A stretch of 64,000 nucleotides of DNA from Laetmonice hystrix (Eukaryota), in contig OZ249436.1 of the NCBI GenBank assembly GCA_965235115.1, positions 70,370,001 to 70,434,000 on the forward strand, in the 5' to 3' direction. Made by a program: the position numbers and the translations under genes. Below are positions 13,550 to 26,693 of this stretch, one piece after another (the stretch's first letter is position 1; each line of letters starts with the position of its first letter). The notes beneath the pieces were generated by a model that saw only the letters and a program-made list of their open reading frames with translations, searched no databases and was not told the DNA's origin.

Positions 13550-13600
13550 TAAAACTAGCTGCAGTGTCGCAAAGTGCGATGAATCCGCCATTTTGGCCCC
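13550..13600 (-). mobile_element. Possible Helentron/HINE-type 3' terminus
   Basis: Minus strand reads GGCGGATTCA-TCGCA-CTT-TGCGA-CACTGCAG-CTAGTTTT (small hairpin plus CTAGTT); the matching 5' end was not located. Confidence 0.3.
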
Positions 13601-14545
13601 CTTTGGCTGCCACGAATCGTTGGAACGGGTCCCATGATCACGTGACTCTCGCTGTGATTACTCGAGATGTAAACGCGCTATAATGATCCATCCGCCTATC
13701 GTGTGAAAAGGGTACAAAAACAGCCGGCTACAAATTCCGGGGTCTCGGAATCTAAGTGTGTCATTTTCAGTGACCGCATTAAGAATTGGTAATTTTTTTT
13801 TTACAAAATACCGGTCAAAGCTCCATAAACAGGCAGGGGGAACTTTGGGCATATCGGAGAACCGCAATGCAGACATATTTTTGCTGAAACACGACGTATT
13901 ATTTGAAATTCGTGACATATTACCTTTAACGAAGTGCTTGGGACCATGAAACCGTGTTGCTAATAGATACGATATAAGAGAGCTCTTCATGGAGAGGTTT
14001 GACAGTATTTTGTTTTGTGCTTACAAATTTATATTATGTTTTGATTTTAAAAACAGTTATTAATCAATCCACTTTGTAGTCCCAGTAATTTAAGTCACAG
14101 GGGTGTCCAGTCTTTAGTTACTCTCTTTTGTAACTCCTATCATGTAGGCCTACTAATTTTAATCTAGAGGAATCTCCGAGCTGCATAATGCATATCTACC
14201 GCCCTCGGGAGCGGTGATTATCGGGGATATTGCATGTTTTGATCATACCCTTGTGGTCCCTCCTTGACGTTTGGTATATGGGAGGGTTTCGGCGGACAAG
14301 TTCAACTAACTTCTCTAGGAGATTGTCTGGGACGAGATTTCAGGGCATTTTGCAAAACACCGGGCCGATCGTCGGATGTTTCTGCAGCAGACAGACACAG
14401 TTTGTATAGAACATGTGATTCTGCCCCCCCCCCCCCCGTAGCGTTGGATTTCCCTACTTCCGGTGTATGCGTATTCCAACAAACCCAGAGGCGTTCTGGG
14501 AATAACGTGCCACGCGTTGCGCTGTACGCAATACGCAATAAAGTC

Positions 14546-14814
14546 ATCTTGAGTTGTCAAGGGGCATCGCGCATCCTGCATTCTACCCCTTGAGCTCAGG
14601 CCCAGGCTAAACTGTGGGAGGTTGACCTTGAGGTCAACCTCATAAATATCAATAGAACCTGGCATCGGCGTCATAGACTCGCCACTAACACTAAACGGTC
14701 TTCCCCATGGCGTGTAGGCTTTCTCGCGAAAATGCTTGATTTATGCGGTAGCCTACCGAATTTGCTGTCACTGGGGGTCACTGGAAGCGGTTCAACCCCG
14801 AGCGTGGCAGGATG
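14546..14814 (-). repeat. Dispersed repeat family, copy 2 (sister of 6059-6849)
   Basis: Reverse-complement match to two blocks of copy 1; perfect palindrome GAGGTTGACC-TTGA-GGTCAACCTC near 14622-14645. Confidence 0.8.
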
Positions 14815-14962
14815 GCATTATGTACACATAGACGCACTTTCGTATATATTATTCTATATGACTGTGGTTTGCGCACTGCACACGACGCATTATACGCATT
14901 ACGTACACATGGAGGCATAGCTTTACTCATTATCTTCGTTCCGCTCTAAATTCCTCCCGTAC

Positions 14963-17722
14963 TACGGAAGCGTATATCGGTCTCGCCCTACGCCTTGGCT
15001 ATAACTTATGGTGCCTTATTGATCACGCTATGGTTACCAAGGCGCCTTAATAGTGCTTCTTAAGAAATAAGTCGCCTTAATTAAGGCGCCTTATAACACA
15101 AGGTGTCTTAATTAAGGCGCCTTAATTATAACAACGCGACAGTATGCCTTAATTTAGCGCCTTAAAAATTAAATTAGTACGCCTTAGTTATGGTGTCTTA
15201 GCTATCCCCTCCTGTGAAGTAAACTATCTTTAAGGCGCCTTACTAACACGCCTTAGTAAGAAATTGCCGTAACTAGCATGTCTTAAAAGTACAAGTCAAG
15301 TTAATTATGGGCATTATAAATATAAACAAGCTAAATTAACAGTGATCACGTCAAATTTTATTTGATAACACCTTACGTTATAACGTAGGATGCTTTACAT
15401 AGCATGTCTTGTCGGTATAAAATCGGACATGCAGCCGGTTCCGCGTGCAGCTGGGTTTTCCACTTTCTCCATGTGACGTTGCTTCCTGTGCAGCCCAGAT
15501 AGGTCAGCATAACATCTGATTTTTTTTTAAGCCGGAGTCACACGCCGGAATCGGCCGACGGAATCTGTAGAATCTGTAGTCTCGCCGATAAGATCTCGTC
15601 AGACATGATCGCGTGATCACACTGCCCGACACGTGCGTTCCGTCACCGATCATCGGCCATCTTGTTGTCTGGCCAGCTACCTTCTGACCCCATTTTGCCG
15701 TGGCCTTGACCCTTAAGTTTCCATCACGTGGCCACTATCAGTACCACAATGTCTGCAGATTCCGTCGGTACCGGCGTCACACTGCCCGACGCCGACAATC
15801 GGGGACGTGAATCGGCCGACATTCCTTGACAGTGTCAAGAAATGCCCGACGCCGATTTTTTATCCCGACGCCGACGAAATCGGATCGGAAGTAGGGTCAC
15901 ACTGCTCGACTCCATCGGCCGACACGGAAAACGTCGGCCGATATCAAAATCGGGGGAAAAATCGGGCAGTGTGACTCCGGCTGCAGCATAGGAAGTTATG
16001 CTAAAGCATTTGGTAAGTATCAATATTTCTCTGGGGTATTTGATATGCAGAAATGGGCGAGTTTATTCGCATAGGCCGAGCTGAGCCTCTCTATAGGGGC
16101 CTACCTATATAATAAAATTGTATTGCCTGACGTAGACCTAACGACATAACATTCGGCCTAGACCAATATAGATCTATGACAACTGAAAAATAGGGGCCTA
16201 TATTGTACCAAATAGATTATAATTTATGAACAGTATATGGCTGACCATTATAAGCTTCATATGGGACACTTTATATATCTATGATATGGGGCATCGCAAA
16301 ATGTGGCCACGTGCCTGCAGTCGTACTGGTGGGAAATTACAGTGGCTGATGAAAAGTGCACTCAGGCGACCGAGGCAGTTGGAAAACGTCCTCGGCGTCG
16401 GCGGGGCTTGCTCCCGTCAACCAAATGGGCATGCGGGGAGGGCTCGGTCTCTATAACATCGGTGACCGATATTTGACAAATAGAACGTGTTCTAATCGCT
16501 TCACCGACGTCGGTGTCGGAATCGGTCGCGGCGTGAATGCTACCATAATTGAAAAGGGTAGGCTATGTTCTAAAAAAAATGTCGGTATCAGTATTGGTGG
16601 TTAGAGAGGCTCAGCTCGGCCTATGCGAATAAACTCGCCCATTTCTGCATATCAAATACCCCAGAGAAATATTGATACTTACCAAATGCTTTAGCATAAC
16701 TTCCTATCGGAGTCACACTGCCCGATTTTTCCCCCGATTTTGCTATCGGCCGACGTTTTCCGTGTCGGCCGATGGAGTCGAGCAGTGTGACCGATTTCGT
16801 CGGCGTCGGGATAAAAAATCGGCGTCGGGCATTTCTTGACACTGTCAAGGAATGTCGGCCGATTCACGTCCCCGATTGTCGGCGTCGGGCAGTGTGACGC
16901 CGGTACCGACGGAATCTGCAGACATTGTGGTACTGATAGTGGCCACGTGATGGAAACTTAAGGGTCAAGGCCACGGCAAAATGGGGTCAGAAGGTAGCTG
17001 GCCAGACAACAAGATGGCCGATGATCGGTGACGGAACGCACGTGTCGGGCAGTGTGATCACGCGATCATGTCTGACGAGATCTAGACTACAGATTCTACA
17101 GATTCCGTCGGCCGACGCCGGAATCGGCCGACGGAAAAATATCGGGCAGTGTGACTCCGGCTTAATCAGATGTTATGCTGACCTATCTGAGCTGCACAGG
17201 AAGCAACGTCACATGGAGAAAGTGGAAAACCCAGCTGCACGCGGAACCGGCTGCATGTCCGATTTTATACCGACAAGACATGCTATGTAAAGCATCCTAC
17301 GTTATAACGTAAGGTGTTATCAAATAAAATTTGACGTGATCACTGTTAATTTAGCTTGCTTATATTTATAATGCCCATATTTAACTTGACTTGTACTTTT
17401 AAGACATGCTAGTTACGGCAATTTCTTACTAAGGCGTGTTAGTAAGGCGCCTTAAAGATAGTTTACTTCACAGGAGGGGATAGCTAAGACACCATAACTA
17501 AGGCGTACTAATTTAATTTTTAAGGCGCTAAATTAAGGCATACTGTCGCGTTGTTATAATTAAGGCGCCTTAATTAAGACACCTTGTGTTATAAGGCGCC
17601 TTAATTAAGGCGACTTATTTCTTAAGAAGCACTATTAAGGCGCCTTGGTAACCATAGCGTGATAAATAAGGCACCATAAGTTATAGCCAAGGCGTAGGGC
17701 GAGACCGATATACGCTTCCGTA
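14963..17722. mobile_element. 2.76-kb foldback / long inverted duplication (arms 14963-16093 and 16602-17722, 508-bp spacer)
   Basis: The arms are reverse complements from TACGGAAGCGTATATCGG... to ...GCCGAGCTGAGCCTCTCTA with only a handful of substitutions and about 5 indels. The outer TA could be a TSD. The structure is certain; its classification as a transposon is inference. Confidence 0.9.
15530..15982. mobile_element. MITE-like module inside the left foldback arm (TIR AGCCGGAGTCACAC); mirror copy 16708-17162
   Basis: 14-bp inverted ends; repeated CAGTGTGA/TCACACTG and TCGGCCGA motifs; a TTA/TAA flank on one side only. Confidence 0.6.
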
Positions 17723-17831
17723 CCCTTTCTGCCCCTCTATTTGTTTTCGACCACTTCGTATAGCAATCCTAGAATGTTATAATCTAAAATAAAGTTCATT
17801 AAATTGGTGAGGTTAGCGCCTTGTGGTAGGT

Positions 17832-18562
17832 CTGGGTCGGGTCCCATAAATGTTACGTCAGAATTTAGATAGCCCATAATCACTTATGTCAAATAGAAGT
17901 AACCGACGTAACTGACGTAAGGGGCTTATTTCTACGCAGGTGGAGCCTGCCTGCGTAACTTCCTGAAATAAGAATTAATATAGGAAACTTTGAATTAATG
18001 TAGTTTATAATGTTACATCAACATATATGAAGTTTCATGGTGGCACGAGGAACATACTCTATGTGGTGCCATTAAAGTTTTAATAAAAATTGATGTAGCG
18101 TTGAAATAAAGGCCCACATCACGCCAAAGAAAAGTCCCTACCGAGGCTCTCCACTTGGACGGAGGCGGGCCTACGTCAAATCGGTATAAGAAGTAGCATT
18201 CTACTTCAATCTAATTAAAATTAGATCTTGGTATTCCGCGTCTCTCTCGGCTGTTCCAGTGCTGTGCGCTCCATACCTAGATCTAAGGACATCCCATTAG
18301 GGGTCACCTCAGGTTGACCTCTGGATTCAGCCAATCAGCGAGTCGCCTACGAAATCTTCGGTGTGCGCTCGCAGGCATTTTCAACGGCACACTTGAATCT
18401 GGGTCAAAGGTCAGCCTGAGGTGACCCCATACGCGATGCCGTTAGATCCTAGTATGGAGCGCATGCGAAATAACTAAGACCTAATTTTAATTAGATTGCA
18501 TTCTACTTCTTACGTCAACGCTACGTCAATTTTTAGGCAAAAATTTATGGGCCCCGACCCAG
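17832..18562 (+). mobile_element. MITE family CTGGGTCGGGGCCCATAAA (copy with nested insertion)
   Basis: 19-bp TIRs; sister copies at 32702-33023 (truncated) and 54238-54659 (inverted, complete). Confidence 0.9.
18207..18498. mobile_element. MULE/MuDR-like MITE, 292 bp, 10-bp TSD CATTCTACTT
   Basis: TIR CAATCTAATTAAAATTAG continuing as long imperfect inverted repeats; TSD at 18197-18206 and 18499-18508; empty site present in the sister copy at 54292-54301. Confidence 0.85.
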
Positions 18563-18799
18563 ATCGAGTCAGTTCACAATGGAGAACAGTTTTAGCAACC
18601 AGGCAGTCTCCTTTCTTAACAAGGAACTTGATCAAATTTTAAGGCCTTTTAAGGCATCCAAGAACAGTTCTCAACATGCATGCAGTCAAGCTAAAGACTA
18701 TTCACGTTGCCTTGGTGAACACTTTTATTTATTGCTGCGATGGAGAGTTTTAGGGCGTTATAAAATTAGATCCTTACAATTTTACATCTCGATAGCACC

Positions 18800-19560
18800 G
18801 TTGACCTGGGACATGAACAACCCTCATGTCTTTGCTGTGTGATGAATAGGGTAATGGTTGGTATGGCGAAAGAGGTAAGCATTGGGTTGCAGAAACATAG
18901 ATCTGCGGTGCACAGGTGGTATTGAGAGTTTTATTCCACTGCCTTTTCTCACACTTGTTGTTCTCCCAAGTCGTAGATCCATAAATGGGTATATTACGGC
19001 CTTGGTATATCCAGCCGTAAATACGGGGGTTTCCATAAACTCGCAAAGCCCACTATAGGCGGCACCAGTCACTGCGCATGTGTGCTGAGTCGTATGCAGT
19101 CACTGCTTCTTCCGGAGTCATGGCTTCGCGGCCGGACAGTGAAGGAATTACGAAAGTATTTGGCAGGAAGAGGTTTGCCATGCAACAAGAAGACCAAATA
19201 AGGGAAACTTGTTTCACTGGCAACCGAGGTAGAGCATATATCTATAGCTTAATCGAGTCCGACGATCATGTATACTCGGAAAGAGAGCGGCGGTGTGTCG
19301 TACTGGGTGTTGACACCGGAAGTCCCAGTGTCGGCGGAAGTGGGCTTTCAGCGCTGGCGGCGCATAGCGGGATTTGAGTGAACTAGTTTTGAGAAACTCA
19401 CGTATTGCTAATGAAATAGCATAACTACAAGACCCCCTACACCGTTTAGTGCGTTAAAGATATGGCTATACGAATATGGTATGGGATGTATTGGTCACAC
19501 ACGAACTAACACTGGGCCGAAACGGAGCCCTACCATAATATCGAAATGTGGAGCGACCGC
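18800..19560. pseudogene. Decayed divergent gene pair: SAP-like motif (+) and weak THAP-like remnant (-), probably from a DNA transposon
   Basis: 19094-19230 (+) translates MQSLLLPESWLRGRTVKELRKYLAGRGLPCNKKTK*GKLVSLA (SAP-like). The minus strand 19080-18800 gives KRQWNKTLN... and AIPTI in broken frames (weak). Confidence 0.4.
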
Positions 19561-19734
19561 CCTCTCTCCCGTGTCGGCACGCTATACGAGGGAACTGGAA
19601 AATGAAAAAGTATCTTCAGTCTGCTTATGATTGGTCAAAAGGACAATACAGGTTTCCGCCTTTTTACATCAGCTAGTGTCTATGTCTTGAACATTGACAT
19701 CGCCATTGGAATGCCACAAAAGTAGTGTAGGTGA

Positions 19735-19830
19735 GTGAATAAATGAATGAACGAATGGATGGATGAATGGATGGATAGATGGGTGAATGAATAGATGGAT
19801 GGATGGATGGAAGGAGGGATAAATAAATGA
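19735..19830. repeat. (GAAT/GGAT)n tetranucleotide repeat
   Basis: Directly visible. Confidence 0.9.
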
Positions 19831-22800
19831 ATGTATGTACTGCCAAAATGTCAAAGGTAATGTGGAGATAAAAACAGAGCTTTATCTTTGACATCTGCTT
19901 TATCTGCAAATCAACTTAAAATAACAAACCATTCTCGAAATCCATCTCTATCTCTATAATACAGAGACAAACATTGGTATTTTATAGAAATACCCACCGC
20001 ACTACCCATAAGAAATTACTAATGCATTTCCAATTACGTAGGGCATCCACGCGAATAGGTCTACATCTTGTAAGAGCATCTTTTTAAATACTGGTATAAT
20101 GAAACACTAATCGTACCGGGATGGTCCTGCAGAGCGGGTCGGATTTGACTGGCCGGGGCAGGGGGTTGGGGCGCAGAAAACCTTCGTCATTTTGTTTCTC
20201 CGAGAAAATGAGTTTATCACTGGACTCATCTCTCCTGCTCGTAATTAGGCGGCGCTGCGATGTTATGGCCAGAGCTTTCAGCCCCTTATTAGCTCCAATT
20301 ATTTTGTCAGGGATAAATGCAATCTTGCTTTCCTTCCGTGCGTCAACCAAAAGTAAAGAGAAGTAGAGAGTTATAAATAAGAAGCACGTCTATATGCCAG
20401 TGATAACTAATCGTTGAATTAGATTCTCCTAAACATATTCAGAGTTATGATCATGTGAGAACAAAATGTATCGAGTGTTTAAAATAGAATAGTATAATGA
20501 AAATATTATTATCAGTATTATTAATATTATTATTATTAGTATTAGTATTATTATTGCCGATCTGTTATCTGTTATCGATCCATTATAAGCCATATACTCT
20601 TTCACGGGAAAGAAAACGTGGTGTACGCTGAACATAGTCATTCATAACTTTTCTGCTTTTTTGTGACGCCATTCTTGTCCCATTTCACCTAGAAGAAACT
20701 CAGCAACGTTTCTGTCATAAAAGTTCCTTTGGGGAGATTTCCTCTGTATGACCGTTCACCCCCGAGGTCTGGCGTAAAGTGCAGTCAGACTGTGAATATG
20801 TATTAATCATGTGGAGCCAACCGTTCCCCTGACTCCTTCCCTGGCGATGTTATCGCCTAATGAGGCTTCCTAACATCATGCTATGGAGACCCTCCGATTT
20901 CGACACTAGCAAAAGCGACTTGTCTGTCTCACAAAGCAGGCCTGCTTTCGAATCAATCAAAATGACAAGGTAAATATGGCGTTAACATGCCCGCGTTATT
21001 CCTTTAGGACCGAACAAACGGGAAGGGGGCCGTGGATGTGTCGTTGTCAGGACTGCATCGCAAAGATTAAATCCCATCGAAAGGAAAAAAGTAATACATA
21101 TTTCCATGGTAAACAAAGCAATATGATTTAATAAAGATTGCGCGTTGTTATTCACGCCTTAAGTAAATAGCAAGGACATAATTGTTGGGGAATGAATTTG
21201 AGATCTTGCTAACGGTTATTGGAGTTTTATTTTGTGTTTTTTTTTCTGGCTTTAGAATCTGTTGACAGAACCTTCATCATATACCGGGTCCCAGTTAGAA
21301 GCGACTTCACTGATCGGAAAAGGTGTCACTAAAAACGCGTTCAGCCTTCCCCCAAAATTAAGCCTTCGCGTATTTTTTTCAAAATATTGTCTCATGGCCG
21401 TCTTACTGGGCCAGTACTACAGAGTTATTTCATTTTGTAAAGTTTTATTCGGAAAGCCATCGAAGCACATCGGAGTTCACAAGTCTCTGGGATGGGACCT
21501 GTTCCTTCCCTTTCTAGATTGCTGATTACGATTATTCGTGGTGAATAATTTTTTCATAAAAGTCGGTATCGTTCTGTAATTATTTACATGATGAATGGAC
21601 TTCGTCCACACGCCATATCGCTACACTGAAAGAATACCTATATCTGTTATGGGGAAGATAAATAACGGAGTCCAAAGTTCTGTTTTATATGGGCTCAGAA
21701 TTCGTTGGTACATTCTTTCAAGAAATTAACGATAATAACGGTGCTTCCTATATTCCAGCCTCAGAGGGGTTGCTTAAGAAGTAAGAGAGGATTTTTATCG
21801 TATGGTATCATAATAAGAATTTAGGCTTTTCTTAATAGAATCGGTGGCGTATAGGCAAATTTAGAACCAAACCATGTCCCTCGAGTGTCATATTAGGTAA
21901 CTATACACTCCAAAATGGATTTGGTAAAGGTAACATTTATAAGATACGATAAAATATACGAGGGTCCAAAACAACGCACAGATTTTTTAATCTTATACAA
22001 AGCATCTTAGGAGGGCCTTTAAGAAGAAGAACTACGCAGATTAGGAGCAACGGGGCGCAGGTAAATGAATGGAAGCGTGTGAGCTCTACAAACTCAACAA
22101 CACACCAAGCGTGCTAATAAAATCATGGCCCATTCTGCCTGGTAATTGGAGAAGTCACGATCATATCTGTGTATGCAGATTAATCAGCAATGGCATGCAA
22201 GGCGAGTCGGTGAGGTGCCAGAGGCGCTATGGCCCGTTCTGATACAGGGTGTGTAAGAGTGTGTGTGTGTTCATGTCACGTCATCAACTATCACAGCACT
22301 ATACCCACGGCTAATTATGCCATGGTGATTCGGTTTAATGACTGTTTTCTGCCCAGTTATTCTATTTTATCGTAGAATTATTATTTATCTCATATATGTT
22401 ATCCCTGACTAACCAGAATTGATCCACCTTGCAAAAAAATAGCTTAGGTGAAAAGTGGTCTGGGGGCGCGCGCGCATCTGCATGCAGAGGACCCTATCTG
22501 TTAACCACATTAAAAAGTAGCAACCTTTGCTAAATGAGATTAGGTAGAGCGCACGCTGTGACCGGGACGTGTGTTAAATTCGCCGGTTATCAGGAGGGTT
22601 GACGCGTCGTTACATCCGAGGGGCCGGACGACATTCGACGCGTCCATTCCAATCAGAGTCAGAGCCCAAGGAAAATAAACGTATCTGCTCACTCCCACCC
22701 ACCCGCCCGTTCGGTGATTTTGTTGGGTACGTCGGTGGCCACCGCCCAACACCCACAGACTAAACCCCCTTCGTGTAAGTACAGGACAATATAGACGATT

Positions 22801-23116
22801 TACAAGGTCCAGTTTCAGTTAATTTGTCAAGAGCTCAAGGCTCAGGGCAATAATTCTGTCATAGCGTGGAATCATCTATGATATACGTACGTGAATCCCA
22901 CCCTGATTTTTACCTGTTCGGGGAGCCGTTGACAAGGCTGACAGACATTGCTATTTGCAGAAGTTCCACATTTTTATTTGGAAAATACTCGTGTAATGGC
23001 ATCCTAGCTTTCCTCTGAACGGTTCAATGCCCATTAGCATTTTGAACGATGAGCTTTCCAAGGTGTAAAACAGGATGGTTACGGGAAATAATTATCTTTG
23101 ACACGTCCTACTGGGC

Positions 23117-23215
23117 TTGGATTTAACGTTTACGACACAGAAACAGACAGGGCCATATTAAGGTGTTCAGCCCGTGGTGGAAAAAACCGGAGTACCCGTG
23201 GAAAACCAACCAACC
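23117..23215 (-). mobile_element. SINE 3' fragment (AAACCGGAGTACCCG..GAAAACC motif)
   Basis: Shares the AAACCGGAGTACC motif and the TTGGATTT tail with the SINE at 57512-57680. Confidence 0.5.
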
Positions 23216-23370
23216 TTACTTCAAAAGAATTAAATGACAAAAACAAATAGCTGCCAATCCTGCCCATCTCCACATCGTACTCAACACTGCTCTGAGGTGA
23301 TGAAGGGCAATCGAGAAACTCCCCGTCAGACATGTCATGGTGCCATTGGAAACGCTCAAATTGACTATGC

Positions 23371-23482
23371 AGAGAGAGAGAGAGAGAGAGGGATAGAGAG
23401 AGAGAGGGATAGAGAGAGGGGGAGAGAGAGGGATAGAGAGAGATAGAGAGAGGGATAGAGAGAGGAGAGCGAGAGAGAGAGA
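23371..23482. repeat. (GA)n / GGGATAGAGA compound repeat
   Basis: Directly visible. Confidence 0.95.
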
Positions 23483-24826
23483 CTTTTACAAGCCAAAACA
23501 GGCTGCATAGCCCCTTTATAATTTCAGCGATATTTGAAACTGTACGTTTGAGGTTACATTTATTTCAAAATGCACGTGATTTTATCTTTGTCAAGCCAGT
23601 CTTCAAGTGTCAAACATTAACACTTTGAGAAAAGACCTACTGTCTCCTATGTCCCCGCCTCAAAGTCGCTTTTAAAAGTGTGCAGTTTATCACCCGTCTA
23701 GAATAGCAGGCTTTCTGTGTCTTTCTCGTTTTCTGAGGATGGAAACCAAAAAAAAATCCTATTACATTTGCGAGGGAAAGATTTTTGTCCATTATACATT
23801 CGTTCATCTAATTGCGTTGGTTGAACCGGAACATCGGTGGCATCACATTTCTCCTTGGCCATTCCCGAGTGATGAGGACTGAGTGCGAGTAATGGTAGTT
23901 TTTACCCCGTGTCGGCTTCTCAGGTCATCATCACGGAATAGAATACTGAAAAAAGAAAGGGGAACTATTTTATCCCAGGTCCCAACGGGAGCGAGTGATG
24001 AGGAAACATAATGTATATCTTGCGATGATTTGCTGGACCCCTGTCACCTTTCAAGGCAAAGCGGGGCGCAAGAAGAGATTATTAAACCTTGTTACTAAGT
24101 CCCGCTCCTACATTGAACCAGGTGTCGAGTACATTGGAGGCAAGAAACATGTCAGATGTATTATATCAGTGCACAAGCGACCACGTAGGAGGGACTAATT
24201 TCTTTCACAGATGAGGGGGGGGGGGCACGCCTGAAACCTGTATGGCCGACATCGGGCATCCGACTCTTGCCTTGCTATACTTCTGTCATGGTGGTGGCCA
24301 ACATACTTAGGCATACTAAATTATACCACGATCAGTGCTTTTACACCACGGAGTCGGGTGAAATATGGCCATGGTATAAAGTTTCTCGATTTCCAGTATA
24401 CGGGTTGACCTAAGTTTAGGACAGTGCGCTACCACAAGCTGAAAACAAAAAGCTTAGGTTTGGGGACCTCAGTTGGTTCAACATACGCTGACGGTGTTAA
24501 TAATGGCACAATCTTATTTATATTTAATGTTACCCAGAAGTCTTTTTATACAAATCTACTGTTTGGAAAATATTAAAAAGTCAACGAAAGTCTCAAAACT
24601 TGTGACCTTTCCATCTAAAAGTGCTTGTCCCGCAAAATCTGTTGCAACGAGCTATGCAAATAATCATCCATAGACCTAACTTTCTAAAGATGCCTTTCTT
24701 TTAACGATATTCTTTAATTTGCGAGAAATGCTATCAAGAGCGCCCCACAGACCGGGGCGCCGACTCTCAGACTGGCGTATGCCAACAGAGGGCGGGATGA
24801 TCAAGGCTGGAGCGCCCCATTATTAA

Positions 24827-25165
24827 AGGTGCTATTCGTGAAAAAAATTCAATTTTTTTATTTTTAATTTTGTTGACGTTTATGTGATCCCACCCATTAT
24901 GGAAATAGATTCAAACCAAAGGAAATCAAAATTTTTCATGGATAACGGCACAAATGGGGCTCTCTCAGAAGGCCTTTGGAGACCCTGACACGCCCCACCA
25001 TAGGAAATGGCTCTATCTCAGTGCGCACCGAGATAGGTTTCAAATGCTGCACACAAACTAATAGAAGGTTTATCAGGCCAATGGTATCGGTAGGAATTTT
25101 TTCTAGTACTATGTGCACAATGTATGATAGAAGAAATGTCATTCTGTGCGAGACGAATAGCACCT
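24827..25165. mobile_element. Kolobok-like non-autonomous element, TTAA TSD
   Basis: TTAA|AGGTGCTATTCGT ... ACGAATAGCACCT|TTAA: perfect 13-bp TIR starting with purines (piggyBac ends would be CCC). Confidence 0.8.
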
Positions 25166-25789
25166 TTAACGTTTTGTTCCCAGCTTGTCGTAGGGCGCCG
25201 TCCGCCGCTCAGAAGCGTCGCTATATTTCAAAATTTGGCCAACCCGCGTTTACCACGCGTTATATACGAAAAACTTTATACCATGGCCGTATTTACCCCG
25301 ATTCCGTGGTGTACAAGCACCGATCGTGGCATAAACTGATCCTGTACATGCATGCAAAAGGTCGCTTCCCGACATTATAATATCTTTAAGACTTTTTCGC
25401 TTCGTTTATTATATGAGATTGAAAAGACGGCCTCCGAAAGCTTACTGTAAGATAGGCTGCATGCCAATATGATCAGCCCCGTCTGGAAGGCCGAGATGAA
25501 TGTTTTGTCTAACTGTAACACAGGTAGACCTACACCGAGAACAAATAATGTAACTGAGAAAATAGCGTAGAGATAAACGAACATTGGACGTGAATGGTTA
25601 TTTCTTTGTCCGTCTCTGATAAAGATTTTTCGATAATACGGGCGATAAGATTACATACACGGAAATTAATCCCCAGACAGAGCAGAAAGGACGAGAAGAG
25701 CCTGGTTCAGGGGATGATGAACCAGGCTTCATTTATAGACTCGCCTGTTTACTTATTCATAATCAATGTGTGTTCTCCTTTTACACGTT

Positions 25790-25840
25790 TTCTCTCTTTG
25801 CCTCTCTCTCTCTGTCTCTGTCTCTCTCTGTCTCTCTCTG

Positions 25841-25890
<50 letters not shown>
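25790..25890. repeat. (TC)n microsatellite
   Basis: Directly visible. Confidence 0.95.
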
Positions 25891-25894
<4 letters not shown>

Positions 25895-26606
25895 TGAAAT
25901 CTATGTTCTGGCCGGTTCACCGCGCCCTAAGTAATTTCACTTTGCTCAACCGGACGTAGCTTCCGAGTGTCGGAGCTCTTTGTAACTTGAGCAGTTTGTT
26001 CACAGATGTTCAGACTCCAGGGATGACGACGGCGACAGAGACCAAACTAATGTAAACATCATATGGTTCATGGTTTACTCGCCGGCGGAGAGTTGAGCCA
26101 TACTCGGACCTTGATTCCGTTTGGTCACAGATGCGATCGCTTTCTTTCCCGCAGAACCGTGCCAGTTGCATATACTTATCCGATCATATTTGTGAGATAT
26201 AAACTGATCCCCATCCGTAATTCATATTTCACTAGGGACGGATTCGTTTCTTTTATTTTCCATCAATTATCTTTCATGCGTGACATTTTCCGGCGTTTCC
26301 TGGTGGCTAGCGGTACATGATTACCTTTTTTTAATACATTCATATTCATGTTGGTTTTTAGGCTTTGATTGAACGTAACCGTCGCAATTCTGCACTACAG
26401 GTGTTAACACTGTAAATATAGCACTAAAGTCACGGGCGGCGCCCACACTTTTTAAATGGGAGAGCCAGAGCCAGAAGGGGCTAACAGAGACACGCACCAT
26501 AGAGCAGTACTCCCTAGAGCGCTGGTTGCGTTAAAAAGATAATCGTTGGGTCGCGGATTGACTTTTTTGACTTTAGCTGACAGCGTCCATGGTCCAACGG
26601 TCTGTC

Positions 26607-26607
<1 letters not shown>

Positions 26608-26675
<68 letters not shown>

Positions 26676-26693
26676 TCTCTCTCTCTCTCTTCT
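26608..26693. repeat. (CT)n microsatellite
   Basis: Directly visible. Confidence 0.95.

Noticed and set aside
23870-24060. C/D-box snoRNA from GTGATGA...CTGA words
   Set aside because: Box spacing is too short or unpaired, and there is no terminal stem.
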